Source of the DNA: Candidatus Woesearchaeota archaeon | Lineage (GTDB): Archaea > Nanobdellota > Nanobdellia > SCGC-AAA011-G17 > JAGVZF01 | Assembly: GCA_018302785.1 (NCBI GenBank) | Contig: JAGVZF010000013.1 | Location: forward strand, 10,787 to 74,786 | DNA: 64,000 nucleotides | Direction: 5' to 3' | Part shown: one piece after another, positions 24,786 through 34,632 of the stretch | How the letters are laid out: each line of letters begins with the position of its first letter | Numbering within the stretch: the first letter of the stretch is position 1 | Made by a program: the position numbers and the translations under genes | The notes under the pieces: generated by a model | Told to the model about the DNA's origin: nothing | Databases searched by the model: none | What the model saw: only the letters and a program-made list of their open reading frames with translations

Positions 24786-26760
24786 TATATTCATAATATT
24801 AGGAATTATTATAACAATTTTAATAGTAACAATAGTAATATTTAGAAATTCAATATTTAAAAATGAATTTGAAGTTCAATCAGAAAAATCTTTACAAGTT
24901 CCTGAGCAAATAAAACCAATTAAATCTTATATTGATTCATGTGTAGAATTAACAAGTAAAGAAGCAATAGATATTTTAGGATCACAAGGCGGTTATATTA
25001 ATATTCCAATAGACAGAGTTCCAAGAGGTCCATTTAATCAATTCTCTAATTCATTAGAAGTTGTTCCAAATAGCTTAGTTGCTTATTGGTTTTATGAAAC
25101 ATCTAATAATATTCAAAAAACTCAAATTCCATCATTACAATTTATGGAAAATGAAATAAGTAGATATGTAAATTTAAATTTAGATGAATGCCTAAAAGAA
25201 TTATTTTCATCAGAAGAATACACAAAGTATTCAATAAATTTTCAAGGAAGTCCTGAAACTCAAACTAGTATAAATACAAATTATGTAGAAGTAACTGTTA
25301 ATTATCCAGTAAATATTTATCTTAATGAAATAGGAAAATTAATAGAAACTCATTATGTAAAGTTAGACATTCCATTAGGAGAGTTATATGAAACTTCAAA
25401 TGAAATATTAAATAAAGAGTATAATGAAAATTTCTTTAGTAAAAAAACAATAGACATGCTTTCTGTTTATGAAGAAGTTCCATATTCTGGAATTTCTCTA
25501 GACTGTAATACTCCAACATGGTCAAAATCTCAAGTAATTAAAAATTTAAAAAACATAGTAAGCTTAAATATTGGAGCTACAAAATTAAAAGGATCTCAAT
25601 ATACTTTAAGTGATGAATCTCATAAATACTTTGAATTAGAAACTAGCACAAATAATAATCAAATAAATTCATTTTTCTTATATTCACAAAATTGGCCATT
25701 ATCTATAGAAATTTATCCATCAGAAAATGAAATATTATCAGCAGACCAAATTACAAGAGCAACTGGAAATAAAGCAACTGAAGTTCTTTCTAAGATTCTT
25801 TGTTTAAATACATATAATTTCATCTATGACATAAAATATCCAATTTTAATTTCACTTGAAAAAGATAATTACATATTTCAATATGGCTTACAAGTTATAA
25901 TAGATAATAATCAACCAAAAACAAATGAATTAGGAGATCTAGATCTTGATGAAGTTCCATTTGATATTTGTTCTAGAAAAGTTACTCCAATAACTGTAAA
26001 TGTTCTAGGGAAAAATGGAAATCAACTAAAACCAATAGAAGCAGAAGTATCATATCAATGCTTTGCAACATCTTGTTATATAGGTAAAACTCAGCTTGAT
26101 GAATTTAATGATTATAAATTAACAGCTTTATTTCCAGAATGCTTAAATGGTCAGGTAATAGCTGAAAATAAAGATTACTTTACAACAAAAGAAATTATAG
26201 ACTCTAATGAAGAAACTTCTGTTTCTGTAGTAATGAAGCAATATTATAATTTTAATTATGATATTAAAGTCATAGAAAAATCATCTGGATATATAAGAGA
26301 TCTAGCAGAAGATGAAGATGTAATGTTTGAATTTAAGAATTTAGATGAAGATTATACTTTATATTTATCAAAAGATGAAAATGATTTGAAATTAATAGAA
26401 GGAAACTATCAAATAAAATCATATTTATCTAAAAAAAGTGAAACTAAATTTAAAATAGATCAACAAGAAATTTCTAAATGCATAAAAATTCCTAGAGCAG
26501 GCATTCTAGGTTTATTCCTTAAAACAGAGAAATGTGCAACTTCAACAATAGAAGCAACAGAATTAGATGATGTAATTGTTGGAGGAATTGAAACAGAAAT
26601 TAAAATAGATCCATTAAAATCTAATAAAGATAAAGTATCATTATATACTGTATTTGATAAAATTCCAACTTCATATGATGATTTAAGCGAAATAGAAAAA
26701 AACATAGGAAGTAATTCACAAATTCCATCATATAAAAAGCCGGAGTTCCAAAATGAATAA
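24766..26760 (+). CDS. 664-aa extracellular protein with an archaeal class III (prepilin-type) signal peptide
   Basis: The N-terminus MKRGQISIFIILGIIITILIV fits the K/R-G|Q-x-S prepilin-peptidase pattern. The remainder has no recognisable domain. Confidence 0.5.
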   Translation: MKRGQISIFIILGIIITILIVTIVIFRNSIFKNEFEVQSEKSLQVPEQIKPIKSYIDSCVELTSKEAIDILGSQGGYINIPIDRVPRGPFNQFSNSLEVVPNSLVAYWFYETSNNIQKTQIPSLQFMENEISRYVNLNLDECLKELFSSEEYTKYSINFQGSPETQTSINTNYVEVTVNYPVNIYLNEIGKLIETHYVKLDIPLGELYETSNEILNKEYNENFFSKKTIDMLSVYEEVPYSGISLDCNTPTWSKSQVIKNLKNIVSLNIGATKLKGSQYTLSDESHKYFELETSTNNNQINSFFLYSQNWPLSIEIYPSENEILSADQITRATGNKATEVLSKILCLNTYNFIYDIKYPILISLEKDNYIFQYGLQVIIDNNQPKTNELGDLDLDEVPFDICSRKVTPITVNVLGKNGNQLKPIEAEVSYQCFATSCYIGKTQLDEFNDYKLTALFPECLNGQVIAENKDYFTTKEIIDSNEETSVSVVMKQYYNFNYDIKVIEKSSGYIRDLAEDEDVMFEFKNLDEDYTLYLSKDENDLKLIEGNYQIKSYLSKKSETKFKIDQQEISKCIKIPRAGILGLFLKTEKCATSTIEATELDDVIVGGIETEIKIDPLKSNKDKVSLYTVFDKIPTSYDDLSEIEKNIGSNSQIPSYKKPEFQNE

Positions 26761-27742
26761 ACAATTAATTTCATTACTAATGATTGTACTTTTTGTTAGT
26801 TTACCATTTGCTGTAGCTCAAGAAAGAGAAGATCTTGGGGAAGTAATTAATATTAATGTTAATACTTATCAACCAGCAGTAGTTCCATCTAATATTTTGG
26901 CAGAGCAAGATGTTCCAGTCTATGCATATCTAGAAGGAACTACATTAGGATCTTTACTTTTACAAAATAATGCTGTAAACATTCCTCCATTGTATAAACT
27001 ACCAAAAATATCAAAAATAAACATTGCAATAAAAGATCCTAGTAATTATGTAATTTCTGTTCAAGCTAAACCACCATATAAAAAAATTTATGCAAGAGAT
27101 AATAATTCAGTAGACTTAGGTTATTTAATTGTAAGACTAAGAAAAATAAAAAAAGAAAATGAAGTTCCAGATGTTATTAATGTAAATTTAACAGCAAAAA
27201 TAAACTTTGAATTAGATGAAGGTTTTAGTATATTTGGGACTCAAGATTTACTTTTAAGAGAATCAAATGATGAAAATAACTGGAAATCTACTAGAACTGA
27301 AGAATCTGCATTTTGGAATAAAAAAGGATATGTAAGAGCTTATAATATTAAAAGTGGAAAAGCAAGCTTTGAAGTTTATGATGGTTCATTTGATAGTTTA
27401 ACAACATTAAATGACAAAACATCTGATTTTGTTTCAAACTCAATTAGATTTAAAACAGGAGAGTTTGAAGATTCAAATTTACTAGATGATAGATTTAGAT
27501 TGAAAGTGCAAAGAATTTCAGTTCCAGAACCAAAAGCAAATTTAAGAATTATTGATTCCTCTGGAAAAATCTCTGATAAAACAGTAACAAAAGGGATGTC
27601 TATATTAGAAGGAAGTTCATATAGAGTAAAAGAAATAAGACCAAGAAGACCAACAGATAAAGGTCAACTAGAAGAAATTATAATTCAAAAAGGAAATGAT
27701 AAACAAATTTATCTAAGAACTTTATATCAATCCGGTAATTGA
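26753..27742 (+). CDS. Secreted protein (Sec signal, AVA-Q), unknown domain; probably the N-terminal part of a longer frameshifted gene
   Basis: MNKQLISLLMIVLFVSLPFAVAQE. The ORF end overlaps the open frame carrying the lytic-transglycosylase domain. Confidence 0.5.
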   Translation: MNKQLISLLMIVLFVSLPFAVAQEREDLGEVININVNTYQPAVVPSNILAEQDVPVYAYLEGTTLGSLLLQNNAVNIPPLYKLPKISKINIAIKDPSNYVISVQAKPPYKKIYARDNNSVDLGYLIVRLRKIKKENEVPDVINVNLTAKINFELDEGFSIFGTQDLLLRESNDENNWKSTRTEESAFWNKKGYVRAYNIKSGKASFEVYDGSFDSLTTLNDKTSDFVSNSIRFKTGEFEDSNLLDDRFRLKVQRISVPEPKANLRIIDSSGKISDKTVTKGMSILEGSSYRVKEIRPRRPTDKGQLEEIIIQKGNDKQIYLRTLYQSGN

Positions 27743-28175
27743 TGTAGAATCTGGAGGAGATTCTAAAGCAGTTTCATGCACAGGTCCAGCTGGTCTTATG
27801 CAACTAAGTATAGATGCTGCAAATGATGTTAGAACTTCATTAGGCTCAGAATCAGAATATCCAAAAATTCAACATTATCAATTAAATGGACAAGGAAATC
27901 CAATATGCAGCTGCAGTTATTCCAAAGATTGTAGAGATGAGTCTATCGACTGGAGATTTAATAAGGATAAAAATGTTAAAGCAGGAACTCAATATTTACT
28001 TAAATTAATCAACAAATATAATAAAGATTTAAGGCTTGCATTATTGGCATATAATGCTGGTCCTGGTTCAGTAGACCAAGTCTGTCAAACTCCACCTACA
28101 AATATTAAAGAAATAAATTTTGATTATGATTCCTGCAAAAATAACAATATGTGCAAAAAATCTTTAATAAATTAA
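27717..28175 (+). CDS. Lytic transglycosylase (SLT) domain segment in a shifted frame, with no start codon upstream of the catalytic Glu
   Basis: The open frame from 27717 reads ELYINPVIDVESGGDSKAVSCTGPAGLMQL...LLAYNAGPGSV (E-S, GLMQ and AYNAG motifs). The first ATG (27798) lies after the catalytic ES. Confidence 0.6.
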   Translation, partial: ELYINPVIDVESGGDSKAVSCTGPAGLMQLSIDAANDVRTSLGSESEYPKIQHYQLNGQGNPICSCSYSKDCRDESIDWRFNKDKNVKAGTQYLLKLINKYNKDLRLALLAYNAGPGSVDQVCQTPPTNIKEINFDYDSCKNNNMCKKSLIN

Positions 28176-31100
28176 AAGAGCAAACAGGAATAGAATTAGA
28201 TATTACAAAACCAGTATATTTAGATCAAACTACAGTTACAGTATCAACAGAAACGCAAGTAGGATCTCAAAATCCTTGCACTAACGCAAAAATACTTAGT
28301 GATAAAGAAATAGAAGAAACCTCAAGTTATATTGATTTATATTGTACTGCAATAAATGAATTAAAGTCTTTAATTGATAATTATCCAGAATCTCCATTAA
28401 TTTCTTCTTCATATGAATTAATAGCAGATATTTATTTTAATTATCTAAAAAACAAATTATTAGCAAGAGACAACTATGAACTCGCTTTGTTAACAGCTAA
28501 TAGCTTACAAAAAGACTCAATAGAAGTAAAATTAAAAGATTTAAATAAAGCTATTGGAGAAAGCATAGAATATGGTCATGCATTATTAGATGATGAAGCA
28601 CTTGAAGTTTCACTATTAAGAGTAATTCCTAAAGAAGATAATGCAGAAGCAACATTAAGAATTGATTCAACAACAACTAATAAGAAAGTAAATGACCCTT
28701 TATTTGATGGAATTGGAACAGATAATAAAGGAAATTATAGAGTACATCTTATAGAAATACAATCTGATTTTATAAGAATTATAAAAACATATAGTAAAGA
28801 AGATAATAATGGTAAAGAAAATTTACCAGATCCTCAGAGATATACAATAACATTAAACAATAGACTGGAATTAGTTGAAGACAAATCAATAAATAAATTT
28901 CGCTTAATAGAATTACTTGGAACAGATACAAAAGAAGAAGCAATAGTAACTATTTTGCCAGGATCTGGAAAAGAAACAAGTACATCTGATTTCTCTTTAC
29001 ATATTCCAATTGAAAAAAGAGCTATAAGATTTACCCCAGAAGAAATAGATAATAAAATTGCAAGAACTAAAAGATTAATAGACAAGCTTGATTCAGTAAT
29101 TTCTAAATTAGAAAAGACATTAAAAGTGTGGAAAGCAACTTGCCTAATAACAATGGCAGTTTTGACAGTTAAAAATTCATTCTTCAATCCAATTAAGAAC
29201 CTAGCAAGAAGAACAGTCATGAGAGGTCCTGATGGTCAAAGCGGTTGGAATCAAATTTGCAGTGATAGACTCAGAACTGAACTTGATCCAAAAACTGGTA
29301 GGCCACGATTTAGAACTATTGATGAATGTATTGAGGCTAATGCTGATGAAATTGAACAGGAGATTTCTAACACAGAAAATGTTATCAAAAGAACAGAAAC
29401 TCTTGTCAAAAGCCTTGGAAATATTAAAGAAACTTCATCACAAGCTAAGTTATCAGAATTAATAGGAAATGATTTATCACAAGAACAAATTCAAAGGCTT
29501 AATGAAATCGGTAGACTAGGAAATGATGAGGCAAGAAATCTAATTTTGTTAAAGAATTCCAATCTAGACTCACCTCAACAAGCAGAATATAATAAAAAAA
29601 TCGAAGAGTACAAAAAAGAAGCAGATTTAGAAATTGGAATTCAGCAGAAACTTCAAAGTACAACTTATGAAGGTGAGGATAAACTTAGACTAGAATTATC
29701 TTTAAGGAAATCATTACCAGCTACAATAAAAGCTAGGGAATTATATGAATCAACCTCAGATATAGTAAAAAATTACATTACTGAAAATAATTTGGAAGAT
29801 AAAGACTTTAAACCAATATTCTTAGTTTATCCAGAGGAAAATCAGCCAGGGAATCTTACACCACAAGAACAAAAATTCAGCACATTCTATGATGAAAAAA
29901 AAGAAACCAATCTTAAAAGACTCTTTATTGGAAATACTCAGGCAGCCTTAAACGGTCAAGAGATTTATATTCAAACAGACAATAGAGGAAATATTATTAA
30001 TTACTATGTTTCAAGTGGTGGAGTATCAGATGATTCAAGATGTCCAAAATCTTTAGTTTACAGTGGAAGTCCAAGTGTTATTTATGATGATAAAGGTAAG
30101 CCATTAATAATCCCAATACAAACCCCTCAACTAGATAGTAACTATGCAGATTATGTAATATTTGGTTATGATCTAGACACTAAATTGCCAAATCAATATA
30201 GTATATTTAATGTTGGTCTTGATCAAATTATTTCTGAATTAAATAGAAATACAAGTGATGATTGTGTTGTAGAAAATAAAGAAAGCTTTGATGATAAAAC
30301 TCAGACTTCAAAAATAGTATCTCAAGCTTATAATGAAGCATTAAAAGGTTATCAAACAGTTCAAGAAAAAGGAATTAGCTCAAAAGTAAAAATACTTGGA
30401 AAAGAATACTTTGTTAATTATGCATCAAATAGAGTTGATGAGTTACTAAATCCACAATGCACAGATGTATTTAGCATTTCAGATTGCCATATTATGTTTG
30501 GTATTTGTGATCCAGTAATTTGTCCTACTTCAAGATTTGACTTTGGTAATACATGGAAAGTTGACAATGTTGTTCAAACTGGAATCGTTGGAAGTGTTTT
30601 ACTAGGAATTAAAAATTTAGCTCCATATGAACCAGTTCCTGTATGTTTAACTGGAGTTTTAGCAGGCCTCCAGAATATAAAATCTATATTAGAAGGCTTA
30701 AATGAATGTCTTCAAACAGCAAAAGTCAAAGGAGAATATGTAGGAATTTGTGATGCAATAACATCTATTTATATTTGTGAAACTGTTTGGAGGGAAGGTC
30801 TTGCATTATATAGATTAAAAGGAAAAGTAATAAACTGGATGAGTAAAGATATATTACATCAAGATCCTGATGGTGGAGAATATCTTACATTTAAGAATTC
30901 CTTAAAAAATGTTGAAGATAGTGCAAAATTCCTTACAAAAGACTATGCGCAAAATACATTTAAGGATTATGCTGGAAAGAGTTTCGATGAAGTTGGTTCT
31001 GTAATTTGCAGACAAGCAATTTATTCAAGCACTCCAGGAGTAGGCAAATTCCTAGATCAAGTCCTTCAACCAGAAAGCCCTCCTCAATTTACTGCAATAT

Positions 31101-33223
31101 TAAATGTATATCCATGGGCAACACTTCCTGATGAAAAAGGAAGAGTAACTCAAGAGCAATCTAGGTATCAAATTTATTATCATGTATATGCTGGAAATAA
31201 TAAAGCAATTAGATATAGTGTAATATTAAAAGATCCATTAGGAAGACAAATTTATGTTACTGAAAATCCAGAGACTGTAAGAAGAATAAGAAATAGCTTA
31301 GAAGCAGGAGATTATAAAGATAAAACTATTGATTTTGTTGCTGCATCTGGTTATAATGAAGTTTGTATTGAAGTAGATGGTATTGAAAGATGCGGCTTTG
31401 GATCTGTAACAAGTGCATTTTCATTTAATTTCTTAAAAGATGAACTAGTAAAAAATGAATTAAGTAAACCTATTACAAATGAAGAAGAATGTACACTAAC
31501 AAATTCAGGTTTAAGTTCAAGCATTTTATCATTAACAAATACTCAAAGTAAATCAAGTTTTGGAGCAACTTATACAGGTATTATTAGAGAATGCCAATTA
31601 GATAACCCAGGAAAAGGAACTAATGCTCAAGACTGGAAAAAAATTCCAAATAGTGATTGTGGAAAAGATGAAAGAGGCAGAGATTTAGGTTATTGTTGGC
31701 TTTATGTAAATCCAGAAGTACTTAACCTAGATTATGTACAAGGCAATGAAAATTTAATTCTTAACCTAACTGGTTTAACAAAAGAACAAGTAATTACTTT
31801 AGATGATGAAGAAAAAACCAAAGAAAGAATTCAAACATTTAGTTTAGATGAAAGATTTAATGAATTAGCTAGTTTAACTTGTGATGATATAGAAAAAAAC
31901 AAAAAAGAAATAATTACAAAATCAAATGATTTTATTAGAGATTCAAGAGAAGTTATGTCAAAAAGCATGGCTACAAATATAGTTGACGAATTACAGTTTA
32001 ATATAGCAAAAGTATATATAAAATTAGGAGGTTGTGACTATCTAAAAGTACAAGAAACTGAAGCAGTAAAATACTCTGAATTAATAACTGGGATATCTAA
32101 AGTTGCATGTACAGAAGAAATGACTCTAGAATTAAAACAAGAAAAAGAGTTTAGAGATTATAAAATTAGAGTTGCAAGCATATATGCACCTGAAATTAAA
32201 GGAAATAAGGCTGATCCTCTTGATTTCGACGTTGAACCATTTAATCCTACTAGTGGAATTCCACAAGCATCAGAAGATAAAAAATATGATTACAGCAAAT
32301 GCAATGTAGAATTTGATATTATGAGAAATGGTAAACAAATAGATTGCGTTCCAATTAGTTCCTACCAGTTATTTAACTTATTTAGAAAAGCATTAAATGT
32401 TAAAGGAATAAATAAATATTCAGATTGTGAAAATTTACAAATTAAGTTGCTACAGTGTAATCAAGATAATGTTAAGTTAGAAATTAGAACTAATGAATTA
32501 TCAAACTCAGATAAAAATAGAATTGAGAAAGATATTCGAGACGCAATTGCATTAGAAAATCAAAATGGAGATAATATACAAATAAATAAAATAAGTTATG
32601 TGGAAGGTCAAAGCAAAATATTATTGGAGCTTTCTGGTTCAATTAGTCTTAGCTTAAGACAAAAGCTAGATGAAATAATTCAACCATGTCGTCAAACTCT
32701 AGAAATTAGCCAAGCTGCAACAGACTACGAAGGAGAGTTTCAAGACACTGTAGATACAATAAGAGCAGATATTAGAAGTATGTTAAGTGTATTTGACCTT
32801 AATGCCATTAAAATTACAATAAATCCGATAACAGCAAATGAAATTAGAGGATCAACATTACAATTACAAACAAACGAATTTTTATCAGAGCAGCTTGTTT
32901 TAGATATTCAAGAATATTTAAACCGATATGGTATCACATTAGAAATATTAAATGCCAATATTATTTGTTGGGAAATTAACAAACAAAATATTATTAGTGA
33001 AGAAGAATGTCATGGCGAAAATGATGAAAATGCATGTTTTATAAAGAAAGATAAAAAAATTTTCGGATTAGGCTTTATGAAGAAATCAAGTTGTTTGCCA
33101 TGCCAAGATTCAACAACAATGGAAGATCTAAATAATGATAAAGTAAGATGCAACGATAGATGTAAAGACATAGCCCCCTTCCACCTCTACTATTCAGATA
33201 GAGCAAAATTATGTGTAGTATAA
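28151..33223 (+). CDS. 1690-aa Cys-rich giant protein, unknown function; GTG start in the track, no signal peptide of its own
   Basis: ORF track. TPR-like N-terminal region, one internal TM (about residue 330, CLITMAVLTV), and many paired Cys (CTDVFSISDCHIMFGICDPVICP...). Confidence 0.5.
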   Translation: MQKIFNKLKEQTGIELDITKPVYLDQTTVTVSTETQVGSQNPCTNAKILSDKEIEETSSYIDLYCTAINELKSLIDNYPESPLISSSYELIADIYFNYLKNKLLARDNYELALLTANSLQKDSIEVKLKDLNKAIGESIEYGHALLDDEALEVSLLRVIPKEDNAEATLRIDSTTTNKKVNDPLFDGIGTDNKGNYRVHLIEIQSDFIRIIKTYSKEDNNGKENLPDPQRYTITLNNRLELVEDKSINKFRLIELLGTDTKEEAIVTILPGSGKETSTSDFSLHIPIEKRAIRFTPEEIDNKIARTKRLIDKLDSVISKLEKTLKVWKATCLITMAVLTVKNSFFNPIKNLARRTVMRGPDGQSGWNQICSDRLRTELDPKTGRPRFRTIDECIEANADEIEQEISNTENVIKRTETLVKSLGNIKETSSQAKLSELIGNDLSQEQIQRLNEIGRLGNDEARNLILLKNSNLDSPQQAEYNKKIEEYKKEADLEIGIQQKLQSTTYEGEDKLRLELSLRKSLPATIKARELYESTSDIVKNYITENNLEDKDFKPIFLVYPEENQPGNLTPQEQKFSTFYDEKKETNLKRLFIGNTQAALNGQEIYIQTDNRGNIINYYVSSGGVSDDSRCPKSLVYSGSPSVIYDDKGKPLIIPIQTPQLDSNYADYVIFGYDLDTKLPNQYSIFNVGLDQIISELNRNTSDDCVVENKESFDDKTQTSKIVSQAYNEALKGYQTVQEKGISSKVKILGKEYFVNYASNRVDELLNPQCTDVFSISDCHIMFGICDPVICPTSRFDFGNTWKVDNVVQTGIVGSVLLGIKNLAPYEPVPVCLTGVLAGLQNIKSILEGLNECLQTAKVKGEYVGICDAITSIYICETVWREGLALYRLKGKVINWMSKDILHQDPDGGEYLTFKNSLKNVEDSAKFLTKDYAQNTFKDYAGKSFDEVGSVICRQAIYSSTPGVGKFLDQVLQPESPPQFTAILNVYPWATLPDEKGRVTQEQSRYQIYYHVYAGNNKAIRYSVILKDPLGRQIYVTENPETVRRIRNSLEAGDYKDKTIDFVAASGYNEVCIEVDGIERCGFGSVTSAFSFNFLKDELVKNELSKPITNEEECTLTNSGLSSSILSLTNTQSKSSFGATYTGIIRECQLDNPGKGTNAQDWKKIPNSDCGKDERGRDLGYCWLYVNPEVLNLDYVQGNENLILNLTGLTKEQVITLDDEEKTKERIQTFSLDERFNELASLTCDDIEKNKKEIITKSNDFIRDSREVMSKSMATNIVDELQFNIAKVYIKLGGCDYLKVQETEAVKYSELITGISKVACTEEMTLELKQEKEFRDYKIRVASIYAPEIKGNKADPLDFDVEPFNPTSGIPQASEDKKYDYSKCNVEFDIMRNGKQIDCVPISSYQLFNLFRKALNVKGINKYSDCENLQIKLLQCNQDNVKLEIRTNELSNSDKNRIEKDIRDAIALENQNGDNIQINKISYVEGQSKILLELSGSISLSLRQKLDEIIQPCRQTLEISQAATDYEGEFQDTVDTIRADIRSMLSVFDLNAIKITINPITANEIRGSTLQLQTNEFLSEQLVLDIQEYLNRYGITLEILNANIICWEINKQNIISEEECHGENDENACFIKKDKKIFGLGFMKKSSCLPCQDSTTMEDLNNDKVRCNDRCKDIAPFHLYYSDRAKLCVV

Positions 33224-33224
33224 A

Positions 33225-33962
33225 ATGCAATACAAAAATATCTTTAAGATAGTAAAAATAACGTTTTTTGATATCTTATTTATATCAGTTATGATAGAAA
33301 TTTTAATATTCTCTAGAATAAGGTTAAAAAATTATATAGAAAAATTTAATGAAGTAATCCTAAATTTAAATATTCTCCAACCACAAATTCAAAATCAAGA
33401 TCTACAAGCAATAACACAAGTAGAACAAATTGTAAATAATATAAATAATCTCACAAATAAAGCTATCCTAGAATTAATTTTAATTTTTATATTTGTTTAC
33501 TTAATATATAGTATAATTTATTCTTTTAAATGGAAAATTATTATTAAGAAAATATCTTTTAAAACTGAATTTGTTAAAATTTTAATAGTTTCATTACCAA
33601 TTTTTATATTATTATTATTAACAATATTTCTATATATAATGAATCTTAATTTATTATTTTCTATAATTCCATTAATTATTATTTTATTTATTATTCTTAT
33701 TATTTATTCAACAAATAAATCTTTAAAAGAATCTTTAAAACATCTTAAACATATTATAAAAAATAAATTTAATCTACTAATCTCAAACTTTATGTTAATA
33801 TCAATGTTTATTATAATCTCAATATTTCTATTTTCACTAATATTTTCAAAAATTTATACTAAAATATATTCAGACATGTTAATTGATGTAATAATGTTGA
33901 TTTTTACATTATTTATTATAAATATATTAAAAATTTGGCTTTCTAAAATAACAAATGAATAA
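33225..33962 (+). CDS. Polytopic membrane protein, extremely Ile/Leu/Asn-rich
   Basis: ORF track. Starts 2 nt after the giant ORF's stop. Confidence 0.4.
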   Translation: MQYKNIFKIVKITFFDILFISVMIEILIFSRIRLKNYIEKFNEVILNLNILQPQIQNQDLQAITQVEQIVNNINNLTNKAILELILIFIFVYLIYSIIYSFKWKIIIKKISFKTEFVKILIVSLPIFILLLLTIFLYIMNLNLLFSIIPLIIILFIILIIYSTNKSLKESLKHLKHIIKNKFNLLISNFMLISMFIIISIFLFSLIFSKIYTKIYSDMLIDVIMLIFTLFIINILKIWLSKITNE

Positions 33963-34128
33963 TGCGGGAGACAGGGCTTTCGTTAACTTTTAGTTTTGCT
34001 TAAGCTTTTTACTAAAAGCTTAGTTCGAACCTGCGCAGGCACTAAGCCACTAGGTCCTAGGCCTAGCCCGTATAGTCGTACTTTACTACATTTATTTAAA
34101 GGTACATTGACCGCTCCGGCACTCCCGC
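33963..34128 (-). tRNA. Probable tRNA-Leu (anticodon UAG) carrying two non-canonical introns (D-loop and T-loop)
   Basis: Minus strand: GCGGGAG-TG-CCG-GAGCGGTCAA..[hairpin GTACCTTTAAATAAATGTAGTAAAGTAC]..CGG-G-CTAGG-CCTAGGA-CCTAG-TGGCTTAGTGCCTGC-GCAGG-TTCGAAC-[about 47 nt]-CCTGT-CTCCCGC-A. It has a 7-bp acceptor stem and a class II variable arm. C at position 33 is atypical. Confidence 0.55.
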
Positions 34129-34210
34129 ATAAAAAGAACTAAATTTTGAATATATAAATAACTTTTTATTTCATAGTTAAAGGATAATATATACCAAAAA
34201 TCTAGAATTA

Positions 34211-34399
34211 CTAATAATCTCTATTCCAAGGATGCGATTTCTTTTGCCAAGCATATTGCCTTAATTTTGTAGTAGCCCCAAAACCGCAATGACTACATCT
34301 ACTTTTCTGCTTATGATATGATGGTTGCCCACAACGTCTACATCTCAAATGAAGTCTAAATCGACTTCTTTTACCCATTGATGCAGTACCTTTTGTCAT
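34211..34399 (-). CDS. rpl37e: 50S ribosomal protein L37e
   Basis: MTKGTASMGKRSRFRLHLRCRRCGQPSYHKQKSRCSHCGFG (zinc ribbon). Confidence 0.9.
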   Translation of the reverse strand: MTKGTASMGKRSRFRLHLRCRRCGQPSYHKQKSRCSHCGFGATTKLRQYAWQKKSHPWNRDY

Positions 34400-34401
34400 T
34401 T

Positions 34402-34632
34402 TTACTCAGGTGATATTAATACTATAGTATCCCCTCTTATAAACACTGTTCCAACTTTTTTCTTTAATTGATTATCTTGCCATTCTTCACTTTCAGTAAG
34501 CACAGTATTAATATGAATATCAAAAGCTATTAATTTCCCTATATATTGTCTTCCATTCTTTAAATCTATAACAACTCTTTTATTTCTTGCTTCATTTAAA
34601 GCATCTAATGGTCTAGATGATGCATCGTTCAT
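34402..34632 (-). CDS. Sm-like archaeal protein (SmAP/LSm)
   Basis: PLDALNEARNKRVVIDLKNGRQYIGKLIAFDIHINTVL...VFIRGDTIVLISPE, with the conserved LSm-L37e gene pair. Confidence 0.88.
   Translation of the reverse strand: MNDASSRPLDALNEARNKRVVIDLKNGRQYIGKLIAFDIHINTVLTESEEWQDNQLKKKVGTVFIRGDTIVLISPE

Noticed and set aside
33963-34128. SRP RNA, RNase P RNA or a C/D-box sRNA as the identity of the GC-rich structured element
   Set aside because: It is too short for archaeal 7S or RNase P RNA, and I could not find their conserved motifs (the GNAR/AGCA helix-8 elements, or the GAGGAAAGUCC-type CR-I). The ordered tRNA arm elements on the minus strand fit much better, although this needs covariance-model confirmation.
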